The notes under the pieces: model-generated
Told to the model about the DNA's origin: nothing
The model's input: only the letters and a program-made list of their open reading frames with translations
The model's database searches: none
Shown: positions 1-8,207 of the stretch, one piece after another
Numbering within the stretch: position 1 is the first letter of the stretch
How the letters are laid out: each line of letters opens with the position of its first letter
Made by a program: the position numbers and the translations under genes
Assembly: GCA_039714075.1 (NCBI GenBank)
Contig: JBDLKA010000100.1
Coordinates: forward strand, 1 to 12,192
DNA from: Candidatus Krumholzibacteriota bacterium
Lineage (GTDB): Bacteria > Krumholzibacteriota > Krumholzibacteriia > LZORAL124-64-63
Direction: 5' to 3'
DNA length: 12,192 nt

Positions 1-1
1 T

Positions 2-238
2 CCGCAGACCGAGATCCGGTTCGAACTGGAGAAGCCGCAGCAGGCGCGGGTGGCGATCTATGATGTGAAGGGACGAGTGATGAAAGTCGTGGCGGACGGC
101 CATTTGGAAGCGGGGCCCCATACGCGGGTATGGCAGGGCCGGGATTCAGGCGGGCGCCAGGTGCCCAGCGGAGTCTATTACGTGCGAATGGAGACCCGTG
201 ACCGTACGGATCACCACAAGATCATGCTGTTGAAATAG
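2..238 (+). CDS. C-terminal fragment (5'-truncated by the window) of a secreted protein with a FlgD-Ig / T9SS-type-A-like C-terminal sorting domain
   Basis: The frame is open from base 2 (PQTEIRFELEKPQQARVAIYDVKGR...WQGRDSGGRQVPSGVYYVRM...KIMLLK, stop TAG at 236-238). The IYDxxGR, WxGRDxxG, SGxYY and K-x-x-L-L-K motifs are typical of FlgD-Ig CTDs. By manual alignment it is 56/78 identical to the C-terminus of the next gene. The ORF-track start at 50 is internal. Confidence 0.9.
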   Translation, partial: PQTEIRFELEKPQQARVAIYDVKGRVMKVVADGHLEAGPHTRVWQGRDSGGRQVPSGVYYVRMETRDRTDHHKIMLLK

Positions 239-255
239 TGACTTCACCGTGGAGG

Positions 256-284
256 TTCCTAATCCCCCAGAATGATGATATACT
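256..284 (+). promoter_or_regulatory. Candidate sigma70-type promoter with extended -10 for the 1146-aa gene
   Basis: TTCCTA (256-261, 3/6 match to TTGACA), a 17-bp spacer and TG-a-TATACT (276-284). The RBS AAGGAG is at 308-313, before ATG 319. Confidence 0.5.
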
Positions 285-318
285 CAGCCCAGGCCTCATT
301 TAGCTTGAAGGAGTCACC

Positions 319-3300
319 ATGTATACCTCGCACCATCGGCTTTCGCCAGCCACGACCCATTTTTTCGCCCTTTTTTTCGCCCTGACCATCTTCCTTATCG
401 GCATGGGTACCGGAATTCCCGGGACCGCCCGTGCCGCGGACAACATCGGCATCTACTGGGACACCGACTTCACCCAGGACGCCACCTTGGTGAGCACCTA
501 TCCGACGATTCTGACGGGGCATCTCGTGCTCAAGGATCCTTCGGTCCCCTTCGGCATCGTGGGCTGGGAATTGTGCGCGGACATGGTTGGTCCGGCCAAT
601 ATCCTCGGCTGGGCTCTGGAAGGGCAGGCTGTCAACGTTTCGGCCCCCCCATGTTTCTCCGTCGGCATCGGCCCGGCCCCCATACGCTCCGATCGTGATG
701 TTCTTCTGGCCACCTTCCAGATCATGGTCACCGATTCAGGCCCCGTAACCATGTCGGTACGGCCCCACGACCAGGCCTCGGTGCCCGGCCAGATGTCCTT
801 TATTCCCTATGGTGACCTCGGCAACCTGCTGCCGATGACCACCCTGTCGGGTCAGCCCGAGGTGGCCTGGATCAACGATCAGAATCCCCATTTCACAGTT
901 AATCCGGCTGCACTCGACTTTACGGACAGCCCCCTCGGGATCGAGGTCGTCAAATCCGTGACCGTGTCCAACTTCGGCGCCGTCCCTGGAAATCTGGACA
1001 TCGCCCTGGCGGCCAGCGGCTGCGACATGTTCTCCCTGCCCGGGATCAGCGGACCGGTGACCATTCCGCCCGGTGATTCCATTTCCATCACCGTGGCCTG
1101 CCTCGCCCAGACCACCGACCCATTCTCCTGCAACCTGGCCCTGGGAGGCGGAGCAGCCGATGTTCCCCTGGTCGGCAACGGCTGGGAGGCGGTCATCTCC
1201 TGGGATGCCCCCACCGAGCTGGACCTGGGGACCGTTGCTTTAGGTTTTTCCAACACCCTCCCTATTTCGATCGTCAACACCGGGGATGAGCCGATCCTGA
1301 TCGACGCCTCCCTTCCCCCTGACTGCGCTGAATTCATGATCACCGGCGGCGGCGGTCCCTACACCATCCTGCCGGGGTTTGGACGGACGATAGGTATTAA
1401 ATTTTCTCCCGGTGATCTGGGTGCGTTCTCATGCTTCCTGGACCTGGGCAGTATTGTTCCTGACGTTCACCTGACGGGCATCGGCCGGGAACCCGTCGCC
1501 GATTGGACCATCGCCCCCGCCGCCCTTGATTTTGGCGCCGTCGCGGTCGGAGGCGCCCTGGAACTGGGCGTGGTCATCTCCAACACAGGCGAGACGACCA
1601 TTCCGGTGGCCCCCGCCATGCCGGGTACCTGCCCCGAGTTCACCGTTGTCGACGGTGGCGCGCCCATCAGCCTCGCACCCGGTGAAGCCCACTCGACAAC
1701 CGTCAGCTTCGTCCCCACGGCCGTGGGTGTGAACTATACCTGCTCCCTGGATCTGGGTACCGTGCTGCCGGACGTTCCCCTTTCCGGGTGGGGACGGGAA
1801 GCGATTTTCGACTGGGTTGCGCCGACCTTTCATGATTTTGGCGGGGTGGGGGTCGGACTGTACAAATCTTATACTGCCACCATTACCAACACCGGCGAAG
1901 TCGGATTCCTGGTCAATCCCAGCCTGCCCGACACGGCCCAGTCCTTCATCCTGAACTCGGGATCTTCCTATTTTCTGCCGGTCGGCCAATCGATGTCCCT
2001 GAGCGTCCAGTTCCATCCCCTGGTGCCCGGGTCGCATTCCGTGGCCCTGGATCTGGGCACGGTCGTGCCGCCGGTCCAACTGCAGGGCGAAGGCCTGCCG
2101 CGCCCGGTGAGTTGGACCGTCAATCCCAACCCCCTGGCCTTCGGGACGATGTATGTGGGAACGTCCCGGCAGGAAACCGTCGTGATCTCCAATGTCGGCG
2201 GCACCTACCTCGACCTGGACATCGGCCTGGTGAATGCCGGTCCGGAGTTCTCCCTCATCAGCGGGGCGGGATTGTTCTACCTGGAGCCGGGCGGCGTCCA
2301 TGCGGTCGTTGTCCAGTTTCAGCCCGGCGTTGAAGGAACGTTCGTGACCACGTTGAATCTGGGCCCGGAGGTCGGATCCATCCAGGTATCGGGTACGGCC
2401 ATAACCACCGCCGGTGTCTGCGTCATTCAACCCGACTCCCTGGATTTCGGGACCGTCCTCGTCGGCTCCTCCCAGTTCCGGACCTTTTCCGTCACCAACG
2501 ACGGGATCGAGCCCATGAATGTTTCTCCCGTGAGCAGTTCCTCCGTATTCCTGGTCGGCGGCGTTGCCCGGAGACTGGATCCCGGCCAGACCGCCTATTA
2601 TTCGGCCACCTTCCAGCCCCAGTTACCCGGCGACTATACGGGATCCATCGACCTGGGAAGCGATCTCTGCGGCGACGTGGCCATGACCGGTATCGGCACC
2701 ACCAATGCCGGGCCCGGGCAGAACATGGTGGGGATCTTCTTCGATGATCCGGGCTTCTCCGTCATCGAGGCCCAGACCTTCGGCCCCAACGAGGTTGTCG
2801 AAGGATATCTGGTGCTGGTCGAGCCCTCCGAGACCAGCGGCGTGGGTGCCTGGGAACTGGCCGTCGATATCGACGGGGACGCCCAGTGGCTGGGCTGGGC
2901 CCTGGAAGGACAGCACATCAATGTAGGAACCTACAACGAGTTCATCGTGGGCATCGGCGGCAGCCCCCTGCCCTATGCGCCCGCCATCAAGCTGGCCACC
3001 TTCCAGATCCTTATCGCCCTGCCCTATCCCAGCATCGTCTACCTGGAATTGAGTCCCATCCGGCAACCGTCGCTGCCTGACCAGATGGTGTGGGCACCCT
3101 GGCACGACGCTTCCCTGCTGTTGCCCATGTATCCCTTTACCGGGGAAAGGGTCGTGGCCGGGATCAACTGGGGTTCCCCGGTCGGGGTCGGCAATCCGCC
3201 ACCCCACGCCGTGCTCACCGGCGGCGAAGTCGCGCTGGAATGGCCCGTTCCGGAAAATCCCGGCGATGGTTGCCACGTTTACCGGCGCGACGACGCGGGT

Positions 3301-3759
3301 GCTTCGACACGGTTGACCAGTCTGCCCGTGACCGGGTTCGGGACCTCGCTGCAGTTCACCGACCGCCCCTCGGGATATGCAGCCGGATCGGTTCTTTATT
3401 ACAGTTACTCTGTAGTGACCGACGGCGTCGAAGGCCCGCGCAGCCCGGAAACCGAAATCAAGTTGGCCGGGATTCCCGTGGTCGCCACGCGCCTGTTGCC
3501 GAACATTCCGAATCCGTTCAACCCCCAGACGGATATTCGGTTCGAACTGTCTCGCCCCCAGCAGGCCAGGGTCGCCGTCTACGACGTGACCGGCCGGTTG
3601 GTCAAGACCCTGGCCGACGGTTATCTGGTAGCCGGACCCCACACGCGGGTCTGGCAGGGCCGGGACAACGGCGGCCGCCGCGTGCCCAGCGGCGCCTACT
3701 ATTTGCGTTTGACGACGGATGGTCGGGTGGACCACCGCAAGATGATGCTGCTCAAGTAG
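319..3759 (+). CDS. Large secreted/surface protein: signal peptide, beta-rich domain A, six ASH/choice-of-anchor-D-like Ig repeats, domain A', Fn3-like domain, FlgD-Ig/T9SS-like CTD
   Basis: RBS AAGGAG. The hydrophobic N-terminus ends in an A-x-A site (TARA|AD). Six ~100-aa repeats have the consensus P-x-x-LDFG...V-x-I-S/T-N-x-G...F...PG...V-x-F-x-P...LDLG...V-x-L-x-G-x-G. The C-terminus is PNIPNPFNP...VYDVTGR...WQGRD...SGAYY...KMMLLK. Confidence 0.9.
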   Translation: MYTSHHRLSPATTHFFALFFALTIFLIGMGTGIPGTARAADNIGIYWDTDFTQDATLVSTYPTILTGHLVLKDPSVPFGIVGWELCADMVGPANILGWALEGQAVNVSAPPCFSVGIGPAPIRSDRDVLLATFQIMVTDSGPVTMSVRPHDQASVPGQMSFIPYGDLGNLLPMTTLSGQPEVAWINDQNPHFTVNPAALDFTDSPLGIEVVKSVTVSNFGAVPGNLDIALAASGCDMFSLPGISGPVTIPPGDSISITVACLAQTTDPFSCNLALGGGAADVPLVGNGWEAVISWDAPTELDLGTVALGFSNTLPISIVNTGDEPILIDASLPPDCAEFMITGGGGPYTILPGFGRTIGIKFSPGDLGAFSCFLDLGSIVPDVHLTGIGREPVADWTIAPAALDFGAVAVGGALELGVVISNTGETTIPVAPAMPGTCPEFTVVDGGAPISLAPGEAHSTTVSFVPTAVGVNYTCSLDLGTVLPDVPLSGWGREAIFDWVAPTFHDFGGVGVGLYKSYTATITNTGEVGFLVNPSLPDTAQSFILNSGSSYFLPVGQSMSLSVQFHPLVPGSHSVALDLGTVVPPVQLQGEGLPRPVSWTVNPNPLAFGTMYVGTSRQETVVISNVGGTYLDLDIGLVNAGPEFSLISGAGLFYLEPGGVHAVVVQFQPGVEGTFVTTLNLGPEVGSIQVSGTAITTAGVCVIQPDSLDFGTVLVGSSQFRTFSVTNDGIEPMNVSPVSSSSVFLVGGVARRLDPGQTAYYSATFQPQLPGDYTGSIDLGSDLCGDVAMTGIGTTNAGPGQNMVGIFFDDPGFSVIEAQTFGPNEVVEGYLVLVEPSETSGVGAWELAVDIDGDAQWLGWALEGQHINVGTYNEFIVGIGGSPLPYAPAIKLATFQILIALPYPSIVYLELSPIRQPSLPDQMVWAPWHDASLLLPMYPFTGERVVAGINWGSPVGVGNPPPHAVLTGGEVALEWPVPENPGDGCHVYRRDDAGASTRLTSLPVTGFGTSLQFTDRPSGYAAGSVLYYSYSVVTDGVEGPRSPETEIKLAGIPVVATRLLPNIPNPFNPQTDIRFELSRPQQARVAVYDVTGRLVKTLADGYLVAGPHTRVWQGRDNGGRRVPSGAYYLRLTTDGRVDHRKMMLLK
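360..383 (+). repeat. Perfect 12-bp tandem duplication TTTTTTCGCCCT x2 in the signal-peptide coding region
   Basis: 360-371 and 372-383 are identical. The repeat encodes FFAL-FFAL and contains T6 and T7 runs. Confidence 0.85.
892..2697 (+). repeat. Six tandem ~300-bp Ig-like (ASH/choice-of-anchor D-like) repeat units within the large CDS
   Basis: Approximate units are 892-1182, 1183-1485, 1486-1794, 1795-2094, 2095-2400 and 2401-2697. They share LDF/LDL/HDF/LAF, [S/T/V]N-x-G, PG and L-x-LG motifs. Confidence 0.85.
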
Positions 3760-3810
3760 CAGCCGCCCGGGAAAACCAGTGACTTTGCTTGAACCATCAG
3801 GGGGCCGTGG

Positions 3811-5097
3811 ATGGCTATATTCGGCAACGACAAGACCCGGGCCGATGAAGTTGAACGCCTGCGGCGGGCGGTGGAGGAATTGTCGGTCCTGAACGATCTG
3901 GCCCGGGCCATCAGCGTGTCCCAGGACTCTGACGAGATCATGAAGACCATCATCGGCCGCTCGGTCAAGGCGGTCAGTGCCGAAGAAGCCTCCATCACCA
4001 TGGTGGACCGCGACGAGATGGTCCCCACCGGCACCTTGATCTGGGAAAGAACCAGTGGCGGCGGCGACGAGCACTATCACCTGAACCGCAACGTCCTGGG
4101 CTTCATGTGTCATGAAAAGCGCTCCCTGCTGGTCAACGACCCGGCCGCCGACCCGCGTTTCCAGGGCATCAGGATCGCCGAGGGAATCCGGAATTTCATG
4201 TGCGTTCCCCTGATGGTCGGCGCCGAACTCATCGGGATCCTCAGCGCCTACAACAAGATCGGCGAGGAATTCAACCAGGACGACCAGCGTATCCTGGCCA
4301 TCATCGCCACCCAGTCCGCCCAGGTGCTGGAAAAAACCCGCCTCGACCAGGAAGCCAAGGCCTCCGAACGCATCCGCGAGGACATGCGGCTGGCCGAGAT
4401 CATCCAGGAAAAGTTGTTGCCCAACGGACCGCCGGACATCCCCGGCTTCGACGTGGCCGGGGCTTCCCTGGCCGCCGGGCATGTGGGTGGCGACTATTTC
4501 GATTTCATTCCCCTGCGGGACAATCGCTGGGCCATCGCCCTGGGCGACGTTTCCGGAAAAGGCGTTCCCGCGGCCCTGCTGATGGCCAACCTCCAGGCCA
4601 CCCTGCGCAGCCAGGCGCTGCAGGACACCTCCTGCCACCAGTGCATGGCCAACTGCAACCGGTTGCTTTTTCTCAGCACCTCCCATGACCGTTTCGCCAC
4701 GCTGTTCTACGGCCGGCTGGATATCCGCAGCAATGTCCTGACCTACTGCAATGCGGGCCACGAGCGGCCCTTCCATCTGACCCGCGACGGGGAAACGAAA
4801 CGCCTGGTCGCCGGCGGGCTCGCCGTCGGCATCCTGGAGGAATTCGATTACGAGGACGATATCGTCATCCTGCAGCCCGGAGAACTGGTCGTCGTCTTTT
4901 CGGACGGCGTGACCGACATGATCAACAACGAAGACGAGGCCTTCGGCGAAGGCAGGCTTGAGGATCTTCTTGGTAATAACCTGGGTCTGGAAGCCAGGGA
5001 CCTCGTGGAACTGATCATTGCGGAAGTGAAAAAGCATGCCGGTGACGAACCGGCCTTTGACGATGTGACCGTGGTGATCATCAAGAAGAATCCCTGA
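3811..5097 (+). CDS. GAF domain + SpoIIE/RsbU-family PP2C Ser/Thr phosphatase
   Basis: An N-terminal short coiled coil is followed by a GAF domain (LLVND...DPRF...CVPL...IGILSAYNK...FNQDD...LAIIA). The PP2C motifs VGGDYFD, LGDVSGKG, NAGH, FSDGVTD, FGEGRL and DDVT are all intact. Confidence 0.93.
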   Translation: MAIFGNDKTRADEVERLRRAVEELSVLNDLARAISVSQDSDEIMKTIIGRSVKAVSAEEASITMVDRDEMVPTGTLIWERTSGGGDEHYHLNRNVLGFMCHEKRSLLVNDPAADPRFQGIRIAEGIRNFMCVPLMVGAELIGILSAYNKIGEEFNQDDQRILAIIATQSAQVLEKTRLDQEAKASERIREDMRLAEIIQEKLLPNGPPDIPGFDVAGASLAAGHVGGDYFDFIPLRDNRWAIALGDVSGKGVPAALLMANLQATLRSQALQDTSCHQCMANCNRLLFLSTSHDRFATLFYGRLDIRSNVLTYCNAGHERPFHLTRDGETKRLVAGGLAVGILEEFDYEDDIVILQPGELVVVFSDGVTDMINNEDEAFGEGRLEDLLGNNLGLEARDLVELIIAEVKKHAGDEPAFDDVTVVIIKKNP

Positions 5098-5125
5098 ACC
5101 CGCCCCGGTTCTCCCGCAAAACGAG

Positions 5126-5160
5126 CAGGGGCGCTCCAAAAAGGAGCGCCCCTGTTTTTT
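5126..5160 (+). terminator. Rho-independent terminator, possibly bidirectional, between the convergent phosphatase gene and korB
   Basis: A perfect 12-bp stem CAGGGGCGCTCC (5126-5137) / GGAGCGCCCCTG (5143-5154) with an AAAAA loop, followed by T6 (5155-5160). The A-run at 5118-5121 gives a weaker U-tract for the - strand. Confidence 0.9.
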
Positions 5161-5195
5161 CAACCGATTCCCGACAAAGCGTCTACCCGAAGAAC

Positions 5196-6194
5196 CTATT
5201 CCACTTCCCAGGAATCGGGAGTGTAGATCAGGTCCTTGAGATCACCCGGGCCGCGTTTTTCCGTGACCTCGGCGATCTGTTTGTGGACCAGTTCATCCAG
5301 GGTCGGGGCCTCGACCTGCCGATAAATGCCGAACGGCTTCGGCATGGACGGGTCCCTGTCCAGCTGGGACATGAGGAAAGCCGGGCCGGCGGAATCGACA
5401 GTGGGATCCCAGATCGAAGCCTCCGCCGCGGGAACCACCTGGATATGGCAGCCCTCGGCCTTCAGGCCTTTCTCCTTTTCGGCGCCGAAGATCATCGGCT
5501 GGCCCTCGTTGATATCAACCGTCTGGTCGTCACGGACCTTCTTCTCGCTCCACTCCTTGAAAGCGCCGTCGTTGAAGATCACACAGTTCTGCCAGACCTC
5601 CACGAATGCCGCGCCCTTGTGCTCGGCGGCGGCCTTGAGGATCGCCTTCATGTGCTTGGGCCGCGTGTCCAACGTCCGGGCCACGAAAGTGGCCCCGGCT
5701 CCCAGCGCCAGCTGCAAGGGGTTGAAGGGAGCATCGACCGAACCGAACGGGGATGTCTTGGTCTTCTGGCCCTGCGGCGTGGTGGGCGAATACTGGCCCT
5801 TGGTCAACCCGTAGATCTCGTTGTTGAACAGGATGATCTTCAGGTTCACGTTGCGCCGCAGCGAATGGATCATGTGATTGCCGCCGATGGACAGGCCGTC
5901 GCCGTCACCGGTGATCACCCAGGTTTCCAGGTCGGGATTGCCGACCTTCACACCCGTGGCTATGGCGTTGGCCCGGCCGTGGATGCTGTGGAATCCATAG
6001 GTGTCCATGTAATAGGGAAACCGGCTGGAGCAGCCGATGCCCGACACCATGACCACGTTGTCCTTGTCCCGGCCGAGCTCGGCCAGGACCGACTGGACGC
6101 TGTTGATGATCGAGTAGTCACCGCAACCCGGGCACCAGCGCACTTCCTGGTCGGACTTGAAGTCCCTGCCCTTCAACTGTTGGACGTCACTCAT
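5196..6194 (-). CDS. korB: 2-oxoacid:ferredoxin oxidoreductase beta subunit (TPP-binding)
   Basis: Motifs WCPGCGD, SGIGCSSR, HGRA, GDGD...IGGNH, NNEIYGLTKGQYSPT and QNCVIFN. It overlaps the alpha gene by 4 bp (ATGA). The substrate (2-oxoglutarate) is assumed from family similarity. Confidence 0.93.
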   Translation of the reverse strand: MSDVQQLKGRDFKSDQEVRWCPGCGDYSIINSVQSVLAELGRDKDNVVMVSGIGCSSRFPYYMDTYGFHSIHGRANAIATGVKVGNPDLETWVITGDGDGLSIGGNHMIHSLRRNVNLKIILFNNEIYGLTKGQYSPTTPQGQKTKTSPFGSVDAPFNPLQLALGAGATFVARTLDTRPKHMKAILKAAAEHKGAAFVEVWQNCVIFNDGAFKEWSEKKVRDDQTVDINEGQPMIFGAEKEKGLKAEGCHIQVVPAAEASIWDPTVDSAGPAFLMSQLDRDPSMPKPFGIYRQVEAPTLDELVHKQIAEVTEKRGPGDLKDLIYTPDSWEVE

Positions 6195-8032
6195 GACTTC
6201 TCCTCCAGGATCTTTTCAAAATGGGCCTTGAGCTCACGCGCCTGGAAAGGCTTGCCCTTGACCTTGTTGTATTTCTCGAACCGGAATTCGGGATACTCGG
6301 ACTGGAGCACGAAGGCCAGCTGGCCCATGTTCAGCTCCGGCACGATGATCCGCTTGAACTTCCTGAAGACGTCGGCCAGACCGCGCGGGAAGGGCCGCAG
6401 GTGGCGCATGTGCATGTGCGTGGCGGCAACGCCCTCCTTCTGCATTCTTTCCGCGGCGGCACGGGCGGCCCCGTAGCTGGAACCCCAGGCCACGATCAGC
6501 AGGTCGCCCGAGTCTGCGCCGTTGAGTTCGGGCAGGGAGATCGAATCGGCAACGCCGTCGACCTTCTGCTGGCGCAGGTTGACCATGACCTGGTGGTTGT
6601 CCGGGTCGTGGCTGACTGCGCCGGTCTCGCTGTCCTTCTCCAGTCCGCCGATCCGGTGGGACAGGCCAGGCGTACCCGGAATGGCCCAGCCGCGGGCCAG
6701 TTTCTCATCCCGCTTGTAGGGTGAGAATCCCTCGGGGTCGGTCACGAACTCGACCGGGAAATGCTCCAGATCTTCCATGGCCGGCAGCTTCCAGGGTTCG
6801 GCCCCGTTGGCGATGTAGTTGTCGCTCAGCAGTATCACCGGCGTCATGTACTGGGTGGCGATCCGGCAGGCTTCCACGGCACATTCGAAGGCGTCCGCTG
6901 GAGTGGCGCAGGAAAGCACCGGCAGGGGAGCCTCGCTGTTGCGGCCGAACATACTTTGCAGCAGATCGGCCTGCTCCACCTTGGTCGGCAGACCCGTGGA
7001 AGGACCGGCACGCTGCACGTCCACGATCACCAGCGGCAATTCGGTGATGACGGCCAGGCCGATGGCTTCGGTCTTGAGCGCCAGACCCGGTCCGCTGGTC
7101 GTGGTCATGCCCAGCCTGCCGGCGAAGGACGCGCCGATGGCGGTGCAGATGCCCGCAATCTCGTCCTCCATCTGGCAGGTGACCACGTCGTAGTTCTTCA
7201 TCACGGACATGTACTGCAGGATGTCGGTGGCCGGCGTGATGGGATAGGAACCCAGGAAGGCTTTAAGGTTCGCCATCTGGGCGCCCGCGGCCAATCCGAT
7301 GGCCAAAGCCTGGTTGCCCATGACGTTCCGGTAATGGCCCGGCGCCACGTTTTCGACCTTGGGCACTTCGTAACGGCCCTGGAACAGACGCAGCAACTGA
7401 CCGTGGTTGTAACCGGCCTTCAGGGCGCGGCTGTTTGCGTCGATCAGTTCGGGCTTCTTGGCGAACTTGGCGTTCAGCCACTCGAGCGTCGGTTCGATGG
7501 GACGGCTGAACAGCCAGTACATCATGCCCAGGGTGTAGAAGTTCTTGCAGCGCAGAACGTCCTTCTTGCCCAGGTCGGTGCCCTCGAGGGCTTCGATGGT
7601 GCGCTGGTTGATGTCTTCTTCGATGACCCGGAAACCGGACAGGGTGCCGTCGGTCAGCGGGTTGCTGTCCAGTTCGGCTTTTTTGAGGTCCTTGTCGGTG
7701 AAGGCGCCGGTATTGGCCAGGATGATCCCGCCCGGCTGCAGATCCTTGTAGTTGGTGATCAGGGCCGCGGGATTCATGGCGACCAGGACACTCGGGGCGT
7801 CACCGGGCGTGTAGATATCGCGGGAACTGAAATGGATCTGGAAACCCGAAACACCCGCCCGGGTCCCCGCCGGGGCGCGGATCTCCGAAGGAAAATCGGG
7901 AAAGGTGGCCAGGTCGTTTCCCACCTTGGCCGTGGTGTCGGTGAACTGCGTACCTGTCAACTGCATCCCGTCACCGGAGTCGCCGGCGAAGCGGATGGTG
8001 ACATCGTCTTGTCTGATGAGTTCGCTAGACAT
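6191..8032 (-). CDS. korA: 2-oxoacid:ferredoxin oxidoreductase alpha subunit (gamma-alpha fusion type)
   Basis: N-terminal gamma-like domain (FAGDSGDGMQLTG, FPSEIRAPAG), then GNQA, YPITPA, QMEDEIAG, TSGPG, QRAGPSTGLPTK, WGSSYG and PELNMGQL. RBS GAGGAGG at 8046-8052. Confidence 0.93.
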   Translation of the reverse strand: MSSELIRQDDVTIRFAGDSGDGMQLTGTQFTDTTAKVGNDLATFPDFPSEIRAPAGTRAGVSGFQIHFSSRDIYTPGDAPSVLVAMNPAALITNYKDLQPGGIILANTGAFTDKDLKKAELDSNPLTDGTLSGFRVIEEDINQRTIEALEGTDLGKKDVLRCKNFYTLGMMYWLFSRPIEPTLEWLNAKFAKKPELIDANSRALKAGYNHGQLLRLFQGRYEVPKVENVAPGHYRNVMGNQALAIGLAAGAQMANLKAFLGSYPITPATDILQYMSVMKNYDVVTCQMEDEIAGICTAIGASFAGRLGMTTTSGPGLALKTEAIGLAVITELPLVIVDVQRAGPSTGLPTKVEQADLLQSMFGRNSEAPLPVLSCATPADAFECAVEACRIATQYMTPVILLSDNYIANGAEPWKLPAMEDLEHFPVEFVTDPEGFSPYKRDEKLARGWAIPGTPGLSHRIGGLEKDSETGAVSHDPDNHQVMVNLRQQKVDGVADSISLPELNGADSGDLLIVAWGSSYGAARAAAERMQKEGVAATHMHMRHLRPFPRGLADVFRKFKRIIVPELNMGQLAFVLQSEYPEFRFEKYNKVKGKPFQARELKAHFEKILEEKS

Positions 8033-8178
8033 GACGTTCGGGTCGCCTCCTCGTCCTCATTCCCTTCGTCTGCTGACAGACCGGAAGAGGGAGTCGGGTA
8101 ATGGGGCAATCCCGGCCGCGAAACGAAGCCGGGCATGGACGGCTTGGGGCCTGGATGCGCCCTTTGGCCGCGTCACTG

Positions 8179-8207
8179 ACTATAGGTGGGAAATGTATAT
8201 GCGCGAA
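8179..8207 (-). promoter_or_regulatory. Candidate sigma70-type promoter for korAB
   Basis: On the - strand: TTCGCG (8207-8202), 17 bp, TATAGT (8184-8179), next to the AT-rich part of the uup-korA intergenic region. Confidence 0.35.

Noticed and set aside
2..3759. Similar 3' ends of adjacent genes as a possible diversity-generating retroelement VR/TR pair
   Set aside because: The differences are not confined to adenines and include many synonymous changes, both copies are coding, and no reverse transcriptase is in the window.
2623..5163. 846-aa ORF on the - strand
   Set aside because: It is an antisense shadow of two well-supported + strand genes. Long stop-free antisense frames are expected with GC-rich codon bias, and it has no recognisable motifs.
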